A stretch of 64,000 nt of DNA, taken from NCBI GenBank assembly GCA_013201395.1, contig JABMJD010000005.1, positions 24,381 through 88,380 of the forward strand. The letters run 5' to 3'. The notes beneath the pieces were generated by a model. The model was not told the origin of the DNA and ran no database searches. It worked only from the letters and a program-made list of their open reading frames with translations. Both the position numbers and the translations under genes were made by a program. Of this stretch, positions 38,438 to 48,376 are shown piece by piece (within the stretch, counting starts at the first letter, position 1; the number at the start of each line of letters is the position of its first letter). Origin of the DNA: Candidatus Syntrophopropionicum ammoniitolerans. GTDB taxonomy: Bacteria; Bacillota; Desulfotomaculia; Desulfotomaculales; Pelotomaculaceae.

Positions 38438-40804
38438 TTGTGTGACTCATCCCAGTTTCTCAGAGACTCAGACGCCCTCAGAGAGTTAACTGGCCAGGCC
38501 CCCAAGCCTTTACTGGCAATCCTGGGCCCCTTTAATGCGGGTAAATCAACACTTCTAAATGGCCTTCTTGGTTTGCAACTGAGCCCTGTTGGAATTATAC
38601 CCACGACCTCTCAACCGATATATTTTGACTATGGGAGCTCCTTTAAGGCAACGGTATCCAAACGGCATCAAGATAGGGTATTTTACCAACCGGGGGAACT
38701 GTACTCTTTCCTTGCTAGGAATGATGTTTCAGACCGCAAAGTTAGTATAAAGGTACCTGTTCCTATTTTAAAAAAATGCAGATTTCTAGATAGCCCCGGC
38801 ATAGACTCCCCTGGTATAGAACCGTTGAGCATCATCAAACTTGCCGGTAAAGAAGCGGATAAGGTAATTTATCTGTTCCACCAAAGGGGTATTGATGAAG
38901 GTAGCAGGCAATTTTTATACAGACTGGCCTCGGTCTGGAAAACAAAAAACCCTAATGATATTTCATTTTGGCTGAACTGTAACCAGGGCACAAGTGATGG
39001 TACCTCATTGGAAACAACCCGTACAACACTAAGGGAAATATTTTTGCGGCCCATTAGAATTTACACCATCAACACCCTGGCAGAAGAAAACATTGAAACC
39101 TTTCGTATTTATCTTGAGGTGCAATTGGCAAAGAATCACCTTGCTCAGGCCCACCAGATGTTGAGGAAAGCTGATGCCAATATTCCCCGTAAACTCAAAA
39201 AGGTCAACTCAATAAAAGACGAGGCTCTTTTCTTAGCAGAATTTTGGGATATCCGGCGGGCAGTACAGACTATTCTGGAAGCAGGGCATCTCATCCACAC
39301 AGCACCCTCTGTTGCTAAGGAATTGGATCGCAGGCTGACACTAATGAATTCTGCGAACCTGATCGCAAAAGAAAAAAAAGCTGAGGGAACAGCCTATCAT
39401 TCCCGGAGACGCACAATCAGAGATAACAAACTGGCTCTACTGAATATAATTGAACAACTCAATCAGGATCCCATAGTTAAAACAGCCATTGACCAGGTAA
39501 AACTTATCAGTCTTTCAAATTTAATAGTATCCAAACATTTTGTAGTGACAGTGACAGGTAATTTTTCAACCGGCAAATCAACCTTTATTAACGCCCTACT
39601 AAAGGATAATCTCCTACCGGCAGCAGATGGGCCGACAACACCAGTTGTTACAAGGATATCCCACGGAAGCACAAAAACGGCGACTGTACACATACCTCTA
39701 CAAACAACCCTACAGGTTTATGAACAGATTGGGGGTAAAGCAGTTTTGAACAAAGCTGTGCTGGAGGTATTTGAACGCCTGTCAGTAGGAGACGGTTCAG
39801 ACATAGCACTTCTTGAGGCGTTTATAGGTGGAAACTTCAAAATAGTCGGCCGGCAGAAGATAGCCCCGTTGCTAAAGGAAACCAGGGAGCTATTTTCCGC
39901 CGGCGCCTTCGCCCGGACTGCCCACAAAGTTCAACCTTCAATTTATAAAGGTATACCCATTAGAAGGCTGCGGAGCAGCAGGATCCCTCAAAAAATACGT
40001 CTAACATTCCGGAATCCTGGTGAAAGGGAATTCGACATCTCAGAGACGTTGGGCCTACAGCGCTTCTGGGACACCCTGGCAGCAGGCTGCCCACTTGAGG
40101 TCAGTGAAGTAACAATCCAATGCCCCTCACAGATCCTGGAACATGTAGTGTTTGTTGATACACCTGGATTGGACTGGCTTCAAAAATATCACCAGCAAAA
40201 TATAGCCGATAATATAGAAAACAGTGATGTTTGCCTGGTCTTTCTAAATGGCAAGCACATCCTGAGCAGCCTGGAAAGAAACAAATTTGATGGTTTGTTT
40301 TGGTCAACTAACACTGGAAAAAATAAGACCGCAAAAAAAGATGAAAACATTTTTTATGTGATCAGTTTTGCTGATACCCTTACCCCACAGCAAAGGGTAA
40401 GTGTATACAGTTATGTCAAAGACTATTTAAAGAAATTAAACCAAGGGAAGGTGGGAAAAGAAACAAGGCCAAAAATATTCATGATCTCCTGTCTAAAAGG
40501 CCTAACAGGTACTGAAAGTGGCATTAGCAGTCTGCTAAAAAACCTGGAAGAGGTGCTTCTAAAAAATCCCGGCAGGCAATTTTACCTCAATAGGCTTAGA
40601 GATATATATCACATCCTTGAAGAAGCATCGCAAAAAATAAACCACATGTTCCAATCCAATCGGACAGGTTACAGTGAGAGAAAAGGGCTGCTCGCTGCCC
40701 AGCAGGGTCTGAGAGAATATAGGCGACAGATTAAAAAACTTCAAAAGTCAATTTACGTTACTGGGAGGTTAGTAGTGGGTGGAAAACGCAAGGCATTTAG
40801 ATGA
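38438..40804 (+). CDS. Dynamin-like protein with two tandem GTPase domains
   Basis: Domain 1: GPFNAGKST, IPTT, LDSPG. Domain 2: GNFSTGKST, GPTT, VDTPG. TTG start after AGGGGAGG; the track ORF begins at 38420. Confidence 0.85.
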   Translation: MCDSSQFLRDSDALRELTGQAPKPLLAILGPFNAGKSTLLNGLLGLQLSPVGIIPTTSQPIYFDYGSSFKATVSKRHQDRVFYQPGELYSFLARNDVSDRKVSIKVPVPILKKCRFLDSPGIDSPGIEPLSIIKLAGKEADKVIYLFHQRGIDEGSRQFLYRLASVWKTKNPNDISFWLNCNQGTSDGTSLETTRTTLREIFLRPIRIYTINTLAEENIETFRIYLEVQLAKNHLAQAHQMLRKADANIPRKLKKVNSIKDEALFLAEFWDIRRAVQTILEAGHLIHTAPSVAKELDRRLTLMNSANLIAKEKKAEGTAYHSRRRTIRDNKLALLNIIEQLNQDPIVKTAIDQVKLISLSNLIVSKHFVVTVTGNFSTGKSTFINALLKDNLLPAADGPTTPVVTRISHGSTKTATVHIPLQTTLQVYEQIGGKAVLNKAVLEVFERLSVGDGSDIALLEAFIGGNFKIVGRQKIAPLLKETRELFSAGAFARTAHKVQPSIYKGIPIRRLRSSRIPQKIRLTFRNPGEREFDISETLGLQRFWDTLAAGCPLEVSEVTIQCPSQILEHVVFVDTPGLDWLQKYHQQNIADNIENSDVCLVFLNGKHILSSLERNKFDGLFWSTNTGKNKTAKKDENIFYVISFADTLTPQQRVSVYSYVKDYLKKLNQGKVGKETRPKIFMISCLKGLTGTESGISSLLKNLEEVLLKNPGRQFYLNRLRDIYHILEEASQKINHMFQSNRTGYSERKGLLAAQQGLREYRRQIKKLQKSIYVTGRLVVGGKRKAFR

Positions 40805-40973
40805 ACGTTTAAGGAGGATTATACGCGAGGTTAGCATATGGACGGGCAGTGAGATCAATAAAACCCTGTTGACTGATTTTGCACATGGCACCCGTAGCAT
40901 CCTGGAAGAACATTGCCGGCGAGAAACCAGAAAATTATTAGTGCTGTTTAAAGATGCTGTCGACAAATTTTAA
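40779..40973 (+). CDS. Small helical hypothetical protein (dynamin operon)
   Basis: GTG start with GGGAGG RBS; overlaps the dynamin 3' end by 26 nt. Confidence 0.6.
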   Translation: MENARHLDERLRRIIREVSIWTGSEINKTLLTDFAHGTRSILEEHCRRETRKLLVLFKDAVDKF

Positions 40974-40994
40974 TTTAAAAGGCAGGTGTTAGAG

Positions 40995-41294
40995 ATGGGA
41001 CACAAGGGGAAAGAGGTTATAGCTGAAAAAGCTGGGGATGAGTTAATGCAAAACATGATTGGTGATATCCTAGTGGGACTAAAGGCAAAAATGATCCAAC
41101 CTGTAATGGATGAAAATGCTGAAATAGCCCGCTGCCTTGATGAATTCAGGAAAAACAATCAATCGCAACAGGTTGAAATGCTGAAAGAAATTGAAAAAAT
41201 AGCCGAGGCAGTGCAAAATTTGCCCATGGTTATACTCACTGCCATTAGGGATGCCATTAACCAGGCTGGTGGAGGGAATCAAGATGGATTCTAA
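40995..41294 (+). CDS. Small helical/coiled-coil hypothetical protein (dynamin operon)
   Basis: AGGTG RBS before the ATG; amphipathic E/K/Q-rich helices. Confidence 0.7.
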   Translation: MGHKGKEVIAEKAGDELMQNMIGDILVGLKAKMIQPVMDENAEIARCLDEFRKNNQSQQVEMLKEIEKIAEAVQNLPMVILTAIRDAINQAGGGNQDGF

Positions 41295-41538
41295 AAAGCT
41301 GTGCAAACAATCTGAACTAATCAGTTCTCTGGCATCAACAATACATAAAAATATGTTGGAACCATCTACCGGAAAAATAGATTCAATAAACGTGGAAATA
41401 CAACAAATTAATCAGAGACTGGTTACGCTCACAACTGAGCTCATACAACTCAGAAAATCTGACCGATTAATCCTGTTTTTTGTATTTTTTCTGGCAGGAT
41501 GCGCCACCCTCCTATCTATTATATTGTTCAATAAATAA
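41284..41538 (+). CDS. Coiled-coil protein with a C-terminal TM anchor (dynamin operon)
   Basis: GGAGGG RBS; heptad-like IDSINVEIQQINQRLVTLTTELIQL followed by LILFFVFFLAGCATLLSIILF. Confidence 0.7.
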   Translation: MDSKKLCKQSELISSLASTIHKNMLEPSTGKIDSINVEIQQINQRLVTLTTELIQLRKSDRLILFFVFFLAGCATLLSIILFNK

Positions 41539-41574
41539 TGTAATTGCAGACTACTAAACAGTTATTAGCAGCCT

Positions 41575-41598
41575 AAAACGGCCTTTGTGCCGTTTTTT
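41575..41598. terminator. Bidirectional terminator
   Basis: AAAACGGC-ctttgt-GCCGTTTTTT between convergent genes. Confidence 0.7.
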
Positions 41599-41908
41599 AT
41601 CTACCTTTTTTTTTCCGATCATTCTTCATCAAGGCATAAACGAAGGTGCTGGCCCCGGAAATAATTAGGACTCTCACTACAAAGCCCATTGTTTCAGCCT
41701 TAAACCTTGATTTCTCTTCCTTTAATTTTACTGCGGGATCAGACTTTAAGTCTGCGTAGGTACCCATGGTTTCAAACAAGACCAGCTGCTTTTCCAGCTT
41801 TGCCATTCTTACTTCATGTTTTGATATACCACTCATAAAACCTACCACCTGAATGGCCAAAAAAGCAACGGCAAATAAAATTAAAAGAATCCGAGGGTTT
41901 TTCACCAA
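41597..41908 (-). CDS. Hypothetical two-TM membrane protein
   Basis: Hydrophobic N- and C-terminal segments flank a charged helix; GGGGA RBS. Confidence 0.65.
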   Translation of the reverse strand: MVKNPRILLILFAVAFLAIQVVGFMSGISKHEVRMAKLEKQLVLFETMGTYADLKSDPAVKLKEEKSRFKAETMGFVVRVLIISGASTFVYALMKNDRKKKGR

Positions 41909-42174
41909 ACATTCCCCTTTTTAAGCATTATTCCCCTTGACAAAAATTATCGCTCTATTTATAAAACCAGCTATATATGGTTCTAACCTATTGCCTGTTT
42001 CATTACCCAAAATAACTATAAAATGCTATTTACTTTCAACACAAATTATAAACCACATTTATACATAACACAATCTGTAAGAACCTTTTGATACCCAGAA
42101 ACCAAAACATAATTTTTATGTTTACATCATTTTACCTATCGATTAAAACGGCGGCATGTAAAGGGTCAACATAG

Positions 42175-42201
42175 TAAAAGGTGTGGCACATGAAGCCACA
42201 C
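42175..42201 (-). terminator. Terminator downstream of paaK
   Basis: GTGTGGC-7 nt-GCCACAC followed by CTTTTACT on the minus strand. Confidence 0.6.
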
Positions 42202-42299
42202 CTACAATTCCCAGGAAGTCAACACACTTTAGGGTATGTTTTTATTGGTATGTTGGTTGGTCAAAAATCGCAAAGGTATATACTGCTCCTGGTTTCCTT

Positions 42300-43637
42300 T
42301 TAACCCTGCAGATCTCGCCTGTCCATTACCCTCTTTGCTTTACCTTCACTCCTAGGGATAGTTCTCGGCTCCACAAACCTAATCTTGACATTGATATTGA
42401 GCACACTAAGGATCCTGTGGCGGATTCTGCCTTCCAGTGTTTCCAGGTGTTTTACCTTATCAGAAAACATTTTTTCAGATAATTCCACCCATATTTCAAG
42501 AGCATCTAGATCACCTTTGCGATCAACCACCAACAAATAATGGGGCTCTGTCTCACCAAATTCAAGCAAGACACTTTCCACCTGGGACGGGAAGACGTTG
42601 ACACCCCTGATGATCAGCATGTCATCAGTGCGACCGGCCACCCGCTTCATTCTCATATGGGTTCGCCCACAGGCACATATTTCCGGGTGCAGGGTAGAAA
42701 TATCCCTTGTACGGTAACGAAGTAGTGGTATCCCCTCTTTTGTGATGGTAGTTAGAACCAGTTCACCCTGTTCACCATACGGAAGGACCTCACCGGTATC
42801 CGGATTAATGACCTCGGCGATAAAATGGTCCTCGGCTATATGGGAACCTTCCTTTTCCATGCATTCCATTGAGACCCCCGGCCCCATAACCTCGCTGAGA
42901 CCGTAAATATCCAGGGCAGTAATGTCCATTTTTGATTCAATTTGTTTCTTCATGTTATCGGTCCAGGGCTCAGCACCAAAAATACCAACCCTAATCGGCA
43001 GTTTTTTGAAGTCAATCCCTGCCGCAATCCCTTCTTCTGCCAGGAAAAGCGCATAGGACGGGGTGCAGGCAAGAATAGAGGTACCAAAGTCTTGCATCAA
43101 CATGAGTTGGCGGTCAGTATTACCGCCGGATGCAGGCACCACAGAGGCGCCCAAACGCTCAACTCCATAGTGAAGCCCCAGTCCACCGGTAAAAAGGCCA
43201 TAGCCATATGCGATTTGGATCACATCGTTTTTGCTGCCCCCGGCCATAACCAGACAACGGGCTACCAGGTTCGCCCAGTTTGCAATATCGTTTTTAGTGT
43301 AACCCACCACAGAAGGTTTTCCAGTGGTTCCTGAAGAAGCATGCAGCCTAACAATTTTTTCAAGAGGCACGGCAAAAAGCCCATAGGGATAATTATCCCG
43401 TAGGTCCTGTTTGTATGTGAACGGTAGCTTTTTAATATCATCCAGGGTTTTAATATCCCCTGGTTCCAGCCCTCTGCTTTTAAATGCATCCCTGTAAAAT
43501 GGGACAGACTGATAAACCCTTTTCACAGTTGCCTGCAACCGTTGCAACTGCAGATGTTCCAGTCGTTCCCTGGACATGGTCTCATGTTCGGGATCATAGT
43601 ATGATGTCCGTATTTTTTTTACTGATGACTGATTCAA
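42300..43637 (-). CDS. paaK: Phenylacetate-CoA ligase
   Basis: [45 protein letters not shown] and [20 protein letters not shown]; TTG start after GGAGGGTGAGG. Confidence 0.93.
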   Translation of the reverse strand: MNQSSVKKIRTSYYDPEHETMSRERLEHLQLQRLQATVKRVYQSVPFYRDAFKSRGLEPGDIKTLDDIKKLPFTYKQDLRDNYPYGLFAVPLEKIVRLHASSGTTGKPSVVGYTKNDIANWANLVARCLVMAGGSKNDVIQIAYGYGLFTGGLGLHYGVERLGASVVPASGGNTDRQLMLMQDFGTSILACTPSYALFLAEEGIAAGIDFKKLPIRVGIFGAEPWTDNMKKQIESKMDITALDIYGLSEVMGPGVSMECMEKEGSHIAEDHFIAEVINPDTGEVLPYGEQGELVLTTITKEGIPLLRYRTRDISTLHPEICACGRTHMRMKRVAGRTDDMLIIRGVNVFPSQVESVLLEFGETEPHYLLVVDRKGDLDALEIWVELSEKMFSDKVKHLETLEGRIRHRILSVLNINVKIRFVEPRTIPRSEGKAKRVMDRRDLQG

Positions 43638-43916
43638 TTTAACCTCACCCTCCTGTTTTAAAAACCGCCACCTGGCTGCACAACCCTCATGAAATCCAGG
43701 TAGGCCTGTTGAATCCCTATATCCCCAACCATTTCCCGTAGACATTCACTGCTACCACTTACTACCTTTTTCCACTACCCAGACGCGATCAGCAGTGCCC
43801 ACATTTTATTCACGAGAATGGTCTCACCCTTGACTTTTTCAACCAGGCCAGGATAACCATGACTTCACGTGTTACCAGAGGGGCCAACACTACTGATAGT
43901 TCATCGAGACTAAGCA

Positions 43917-44318
43917 CAAACAAAACCACAGCCTTCGTGGGGACGAAAGCTGTGGCCATCCGCGGTACCACCCCGTTTGGTTAATAAAATAACCCGTCTT
44001 AAAAGGTTAGGAAATCCCTTATCTGCAGTGGGCCGGTAAAACAAAAAAGCCTTTCGCCCCTTAGGGGCGAAAAGCTGGTTTCGCGGTACCACCCTATTTG
44101 ACTTCATAAAAAAGTCCACTCACGGCAGGATACGGGAATGATTCCTTATACCCCCTCCTTTTTAACGGTAGAAGCCTCCGGCCGGACCTACTTACCAAAC
44201 CTGGTTTCAGCCCGGAAACTCAGTGGAGAACTTCACTGGGTCATGCAATGAAAGCGTTTTCAATCACGACGCTTTCTCCCTGTAGAGCTGTTTCCCAACT
44301 ACTTTTCCACTTCATAGT
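43917..44318 (-). ncRNA. T-box riboswitch leader, partially duplicated (one Stem I, two antiterminator/terminator modules), probable Phe (UUC) specifier
   Basis: Stem I: ATGA-AGTGG-AAAAGTAG...CAGGGAG...GAAG-TTC-T-CCACT-GAG. CCGTTA F-box. T-boxes AGGGTGGTACCGCG (44082-44095) and GGGGTGGTACCGCG (43961-43974), each followed by a hairpin and U-tract. Confidence 0.88.
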
Positions 44319-44344
44319 TTCTAAGATTATATCAATTAATACCT

Positions 44345-44373
44345 ATGATACAGACGTCAACATAACATGTCAA
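44345..44373 (-). promoter_or_regulatory. SigA promoter of the T-box leader
   Basis: TTGACA-17 nt-TATCAT directly upstream of Stem I. Confidence 0.75.
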
Positions 44374-44422
44374 GAATAAATTGCCGCACTGCCTGTCTCT
44401 TTTTAAAATTCTGCAAACTGCT

Positions 44423-45652
44423 TCAGCTAGCCCGCCTATCATCAATTTTCCCCGGTATGTAAAGGTGTAGGTTTTCGTGTTTGATGTTGCGGATGTGCAG
44501 AGTGTGTGCCCACACCTTGTTTTTACGCATTGCGAATCCAATAAATGCCACCGGTAGCCAGGTCAAGGCGAATATGGGGTAGAAAAATAACCACCAGTAA
44601 GCCTTTAGACTTACTTTTTCTAGGGTTAGGCCAATACCAAAATATATAAATTGCGAAAAAAAGCTGATCACAGCAATCATCGGTTTGTCATAAACTTGAT
44701 CATACATAAAAAGGTTGCCGATTAAACATAAACCTGTAAACATCAAGAAAAAGGGCTGGATCAAATACATTGCGCCATCGATCATGGCAAAATTTCTGGT
44801 GCGAATACCTTCCAGGAACAATTTACCAACATATCTTCCGGCCACATTGGTATGGCCCTGCATCCACCTCCTGCGCTGACGCCAGGACTGCATTAGGCTC
44901 AAGGGCTTTTCATCATATACCTTGGCATCATGGGCCCAACAAACCTTAATATTATTTAAAAGCGCTTTGGTCTGAAACTCCAGGTCTTCAGTAAGGGAAG
45001 TCATACCCCAGCCGTATCTTTTAAGCATTTCTACTGAAAGGCACATGCCGGTACCTCCCAATGCACAGGTAAAGCCCAAATTATATTTTGAGAGCTGCCA
45101 GAAACGGTTGGTCAGTATATAGCTGATATAGATGGATTTTGTAATCCAGGTATCATGGGCGTTTTTTGTGTCCAGGAAACCCTGAATGATTTTTTCACCC
45201 TTTAGTAAATGGCCATTCATAATTGACAGAAAGTTTTCTGCCACAAGGTTGTCCGCATCAAAAACACAAACTGCATCATAGGGAATACCCCGTTCAAAGA
45301 TATTATTAAATGCATATTCAAGAGCGTATCCCTTGCCTTTATCTACCTGGTTGAAGCGTTCCATAACAGTAGCACCATTTTCTGCTGCGATGACGGCAGT
45401 TTCATCTGTACAATTGTCGGCTACAACATAAACATCATACAACTCTTTTGGGTAATCCAGGTGTTGCAGATTTCTAATCAACTCTCCAATAACCTTTTCC
45501 TCATTGTAGGCTGCAACAACAATAGCAAAACGGGAAGCAGGTGGTAAAATGTCATCACTGTATCTACGAAAAAACCCGAACAAAGAAATCACAAAAAAAT
45601 AAAAGTAATATACTGAAATGAAAAACTGAGCCCCGTAGTAAATTACCTCCAT
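44423..45652 (-). CDS. Glycosyltransferase family 2 (processive, membrane-bound)
   Basis: AAYNEE, VADNC, KGYAL, FDAD, TEDLE and QRRRW; N- and C-terminal TM helices. Confidence 0.92.
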   Translation of the reverse strand: MEVIYYGAQFFISVYYFYFFVISLFGFFRRYSDDILPPASRFAIVVAAYNEEKVIGELIRNLQHLDYPKELYDVYVVADNCTDETAVIAAENGATVMERFNQVDKGKGYALEYAFNNIFERGIPYDAVCVFDADNLVAENFLSIMNGHLLKGEKIIQGFLDTKNAHDTWITKSIYISYILTNRFWQLSKYNLGFTCALGGTGMCLSVEMLKRYGWGMTSLTEDLEFQTKALLNNIKVCWAHDAKVYDEKPLSLMQSWRQRRRWMQGHTNVAGRYVGKLFLEGIRTRNFAMIDGAMYLIQPFFLMFTGLCLIGNLFMYDQVYDKPMIAVISFFSQFIYFGIGLTLEKVSLKAYWWLFFYPIFALTWLPVAFIGFAMRKNKVWAHTLHIRNIKHENLHLYIPGKIDDRRAS

Positions 45653-45967
45653 GGTTATCTCCTTTACCAAAAAAAGTTTAAAAACACGCATCAGATGAAG
45701 ATTCTTCTAATGGCGGAAAAATCCTTCTTTTATTCTTTAAAAATAATGTTTACCGCTATTACTAACCCCTGTCTAACCACTGAATTTACCCATTAGTCCT
45801 TCTGTTGCCTATGCTAACCACCATATCCAGCTTTTATACTTTCCCCAATTGGCTTCCAATTTTACATAATTTTATAATTCCTAAAAAAATGATTGTATTA
45901 TTATGTTTTAAACAACACCACCCTCTGGTATCATTTGTTTAACACAGTTGGTTGCTCACTTAAAAAC

Positions 45968-45994
45968 AAAAAGGAGGCCATCTGACCGGCCTCC
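45968..45994 (-). terminator. Terminator downstream of the GTPase gene
   Basis: GGAGGCC-8 nt-GGCCTCC with a U-tract on the minus strand. Confidence 0.7.
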
Positions 45995-46004
45995 CCGATT
46001 TATC

Positions 46005-46982
46005 TTACTGGCTAATTTCAACTATATCCCCATCGGCCATAATGTAATCACGCGCCACTGACTGGCCATCATACCTCGCAGAACCCCAGACCCTGGCATT
46101 TTTCATTAACCTGGGCAAATCTCTATGAATGGTCTCGGCCAGTTCCATGATTGTACTACCACGATCCATAGTAAATGGTTTTTTTACATCCGGATCCTGA
46201 CCCGGTATTTTTGTGTAGACCCTAATAACATTAAGCATCTGGAAAATTTTCTCCCTTAAAACCTCCAAACCTTGTCCCGTTTTAGTGGAAATTGGGTGTA
46301 AGGCTATTTCCGTTGGAGCAAGTTCCTTAATTATCTGCATGTTATCGGCACTCCCCGGTTGATCTACCTTGGAGGCCAGCACCAAAACCTTTTCCAAGGA
46401 CACTCCATGCCCCCCGGCCATCAGATTTTCCCTAATTACCTTTTTATCTCGCAGATAGTCTAAGCAAAATTCCAGTTGTTCCAGACAGTCATCACTAGCA
46501 ACATCCACAAATACCAACAGAATATCAGCATTACGCAAGGTCCCAACTAACCCCGGTGGGACAATATCCTCAGTTATCGGCGGGGTATCGACCAGTTGCA
46601 CAAAAACATCTTCATAGGGCATCATTCCAGACAAAGGAACAATAGTAGTAAATGGATAGTCGGCTATTTTAGGTTGGGCCCTGGTTAATGCAGCAAGAAA
46701 AGATGATTTACCTGTGTTGGGGAAACCAAACAACACCGCCTGGCCTGCCCCCTGCCGTTCAATATTAAATGGGTCTACATGGCTGGTTTTGGGCTTTTTT
46801 GCCCTATCCCGCCTTAACCTTGACAGCCTTCTTCTCAGGTCTGCCCTTATTTTTTCGGTGCCCTTGTGCTTGGGAATGACGGCCAGCATTTCCTCCAACG
46901 CCGTGATCTTTTCCTCAATTGAAACAGCCTTTTTAAAAGACTCTTCTGCTGCATAATACTGGGGTGTAAGGTTGGCCGGCAA
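46005..46982 (-). CDS. DRG-subfamily (OBG class) GTPase with a C-terminal TGS domain
   Basis: [15 protein letters not shown]-terminal DRG motif; [21 protein letters not shown]; IRVYTK..DGDIVEI. Confidence 0.85.
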   Translation of the reverse strand: MPANLTPQYYAAEESFKKAVSIEEKITALEEMLAVIPKHKGTEKIRADLRRRLSRLRRDRAKKPKTSHVDPFNIERQGAGQAVLFGFPNTGKSSFLAALTRAQPKIADYPFTTIVPLSGMMPYEDVFVQLVDTPPITEDIVPPGLVGTLRNADILLVFVDVASDDCLEQLEFCLDYLRDKKVIRENLMAGGHGVSLEKVLVLASKVDQPGSADNMQIIKELAPTEIALHPISTKTGQGLEVLREKIFQMLNVIRVYTKIPGQDPDVKKPFTMDRGSTIMELAETIHRDLPRLMKNARVWGSARYDGQSVARDYIMADGDIVEISQ

Positions 46983-47323
46983 ATATCTTCACCTACCCTC
47001 TTAATCATCCAGTAATCTATAGTGTGCTAAAATATTATAATGTTAATAAATTTTTCTAATACATTTATGTATACCTTTCAACAGGGAAAGCTATTACCCT
47101 CTTACTGCTACCAGTAATGTTAAATACTGATGGTTAAAAAAAACAACCAAAAGCCTTATAATATTACATATGACAGGGCCGGCTTCCAGTATTTTAGGGT
47201 TATTATATCAAAAAAGCCCCGCATAATAATTTTTATTTGATATTTATAGGTATTGTTTTGGGTAAATGTCAAAGGTACAAAATATTATCGGACGTTCACA
47301 CAAAGAAAGGGGAAGAACATTTA

Positions 47324-47776
47324 ATGAATGAACATGACAGGCATCATGCTGAAAAAGAGGTTTTAGATAATATGCATTGGAAATATAGTGAAACCATGAT
47401 TGATCATGCTAAAAATCCCCGCAACATGGGCAGCCTGCCTAAAAGCGATGGTTTTGCCCAAAACATGTCAGCTGAATGCGGTGATACCTTGAGCATGTGG
47501 GTTAGTATCCAAAACAATACTATTACTAGAGCAACCTTTTGGACTAATGGCTGTGCGCCTACCCTGGCCTGCGGCAGTGTTACCACTACCCTTGCTGCAG
47601 GCCTGCCTATACAGGAGGCAAAAAATATCAACAAGAATGACATCTTGAAAGCACTAGGTGGGCTGCCCGAGGCGCATGTTCATTGTGCCGAATGGACAGC
47701 AGAAACACTCCATATGGCTATTGAAGACTACCTTCAGCTGGCAAAAATCAAGGGGAAAAGGGGAAAACTGGTTTAA
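47324..47776 (+). CDS. IscU/NifU N-terminal-like Fe-S scaffold, copy 1
   Basis: HAKNPRNMG, ECGD, NGCAPTLACGS and HVHCAE. Confidence 0.88.
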   Translation: MNEHDRHHAEKEVLDNMHWKYSETMIDHAKNPRNMGSLPKSDGFAQNMSAECGDTLSMWVSIQNNTITRATFWTNGCAPTLACGSVTTTLAAGLPIQEAKNINKNDILKALGGLPEAHVHCAEWTAETLHMAIEDYLQLAKIKGKRGKLV

Positions 47777-47911
47777 AATTTTAACCAGCTTTTTTATAAA
47801 AAGGCAGGGACCTAAAACAATCTGCAAATTCTTTTGACACCCACCTGCTACTGGTTGTATTATTGTTATAAATCTATATTTTCACAGACCTTGAAAGGGG
47901 AATGGACAGTT

Positions 47912-48355
47912 ATGGAGGAGCATGTTGAAAAAGAATTTATAACACAAATGCAAGGAGAATATAGCGAAACCGCAATAAATCATGCCAGAAACCCACATAA
48001 TGTGGGCAACATTCCAAAATGTGATGGTTTTGCCCAGGCTACCGGCATATGCGGAGACACACTGGCAATATGGCTAAGGGTCAAGGATGGCCGGATAGCC
48101 CTGGCCTCTTTTTGGACCGATGGATGCGGCGCATCCCTTGCCTGCGGCAGCATTACTACAGTACTAGCCAAAGATCGTACAATTGAAGAAGCAATGGAAA
48201 TTGATCAAAATACGATCCTGGAGGCCCTCGGCGGGTTGCCCGAGGATCATGTACACTGTGCGGAGCTGGCAGCAGAGACCCTGGATGCGGCCATTAAAGA
48301 CTACATCCAACTAGCAAAGTTCCCCTGGAAAAGGGACTATATGAATAATAAATAA
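47912..48355 (+). CDS. IscU/NifU N-terminal-like Fe-S scaffold, copy 2
   Basis: HARNPHNVG, ICGD, DGCGASLACGS and HVHCAE. Confidence 0.88.
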   Translation: MEEHVEKEFITQMQGEYSETAINHARNPHNVGNIPKCDGFAQATGICGDTLAIWLRVKDGRIALASFWTDGCGASLACGSITTVLAKDRTIEEAMEIDQNTILEALGGLPEDHVHCAELAAETLDAAIKDYIQLAKFPWKRDYMNNK

Positions 48356-48376
48356 GGAATCCAAGTCAGCAGGAAA

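Noticed and set aside
40779-41538. Small ORFs after the dynamin gene as frameshifted fragments of a pseudogene
   Set aside because: Each has its own well-spaced RBS and typical operon overlaps. This is not fully excluded without orthologs.
43861-43876. parS-like core TTCACGTG
   Set aside because: About 5 mismatches to TGTTNCACGTGAAACA and not palindromic outside the core.
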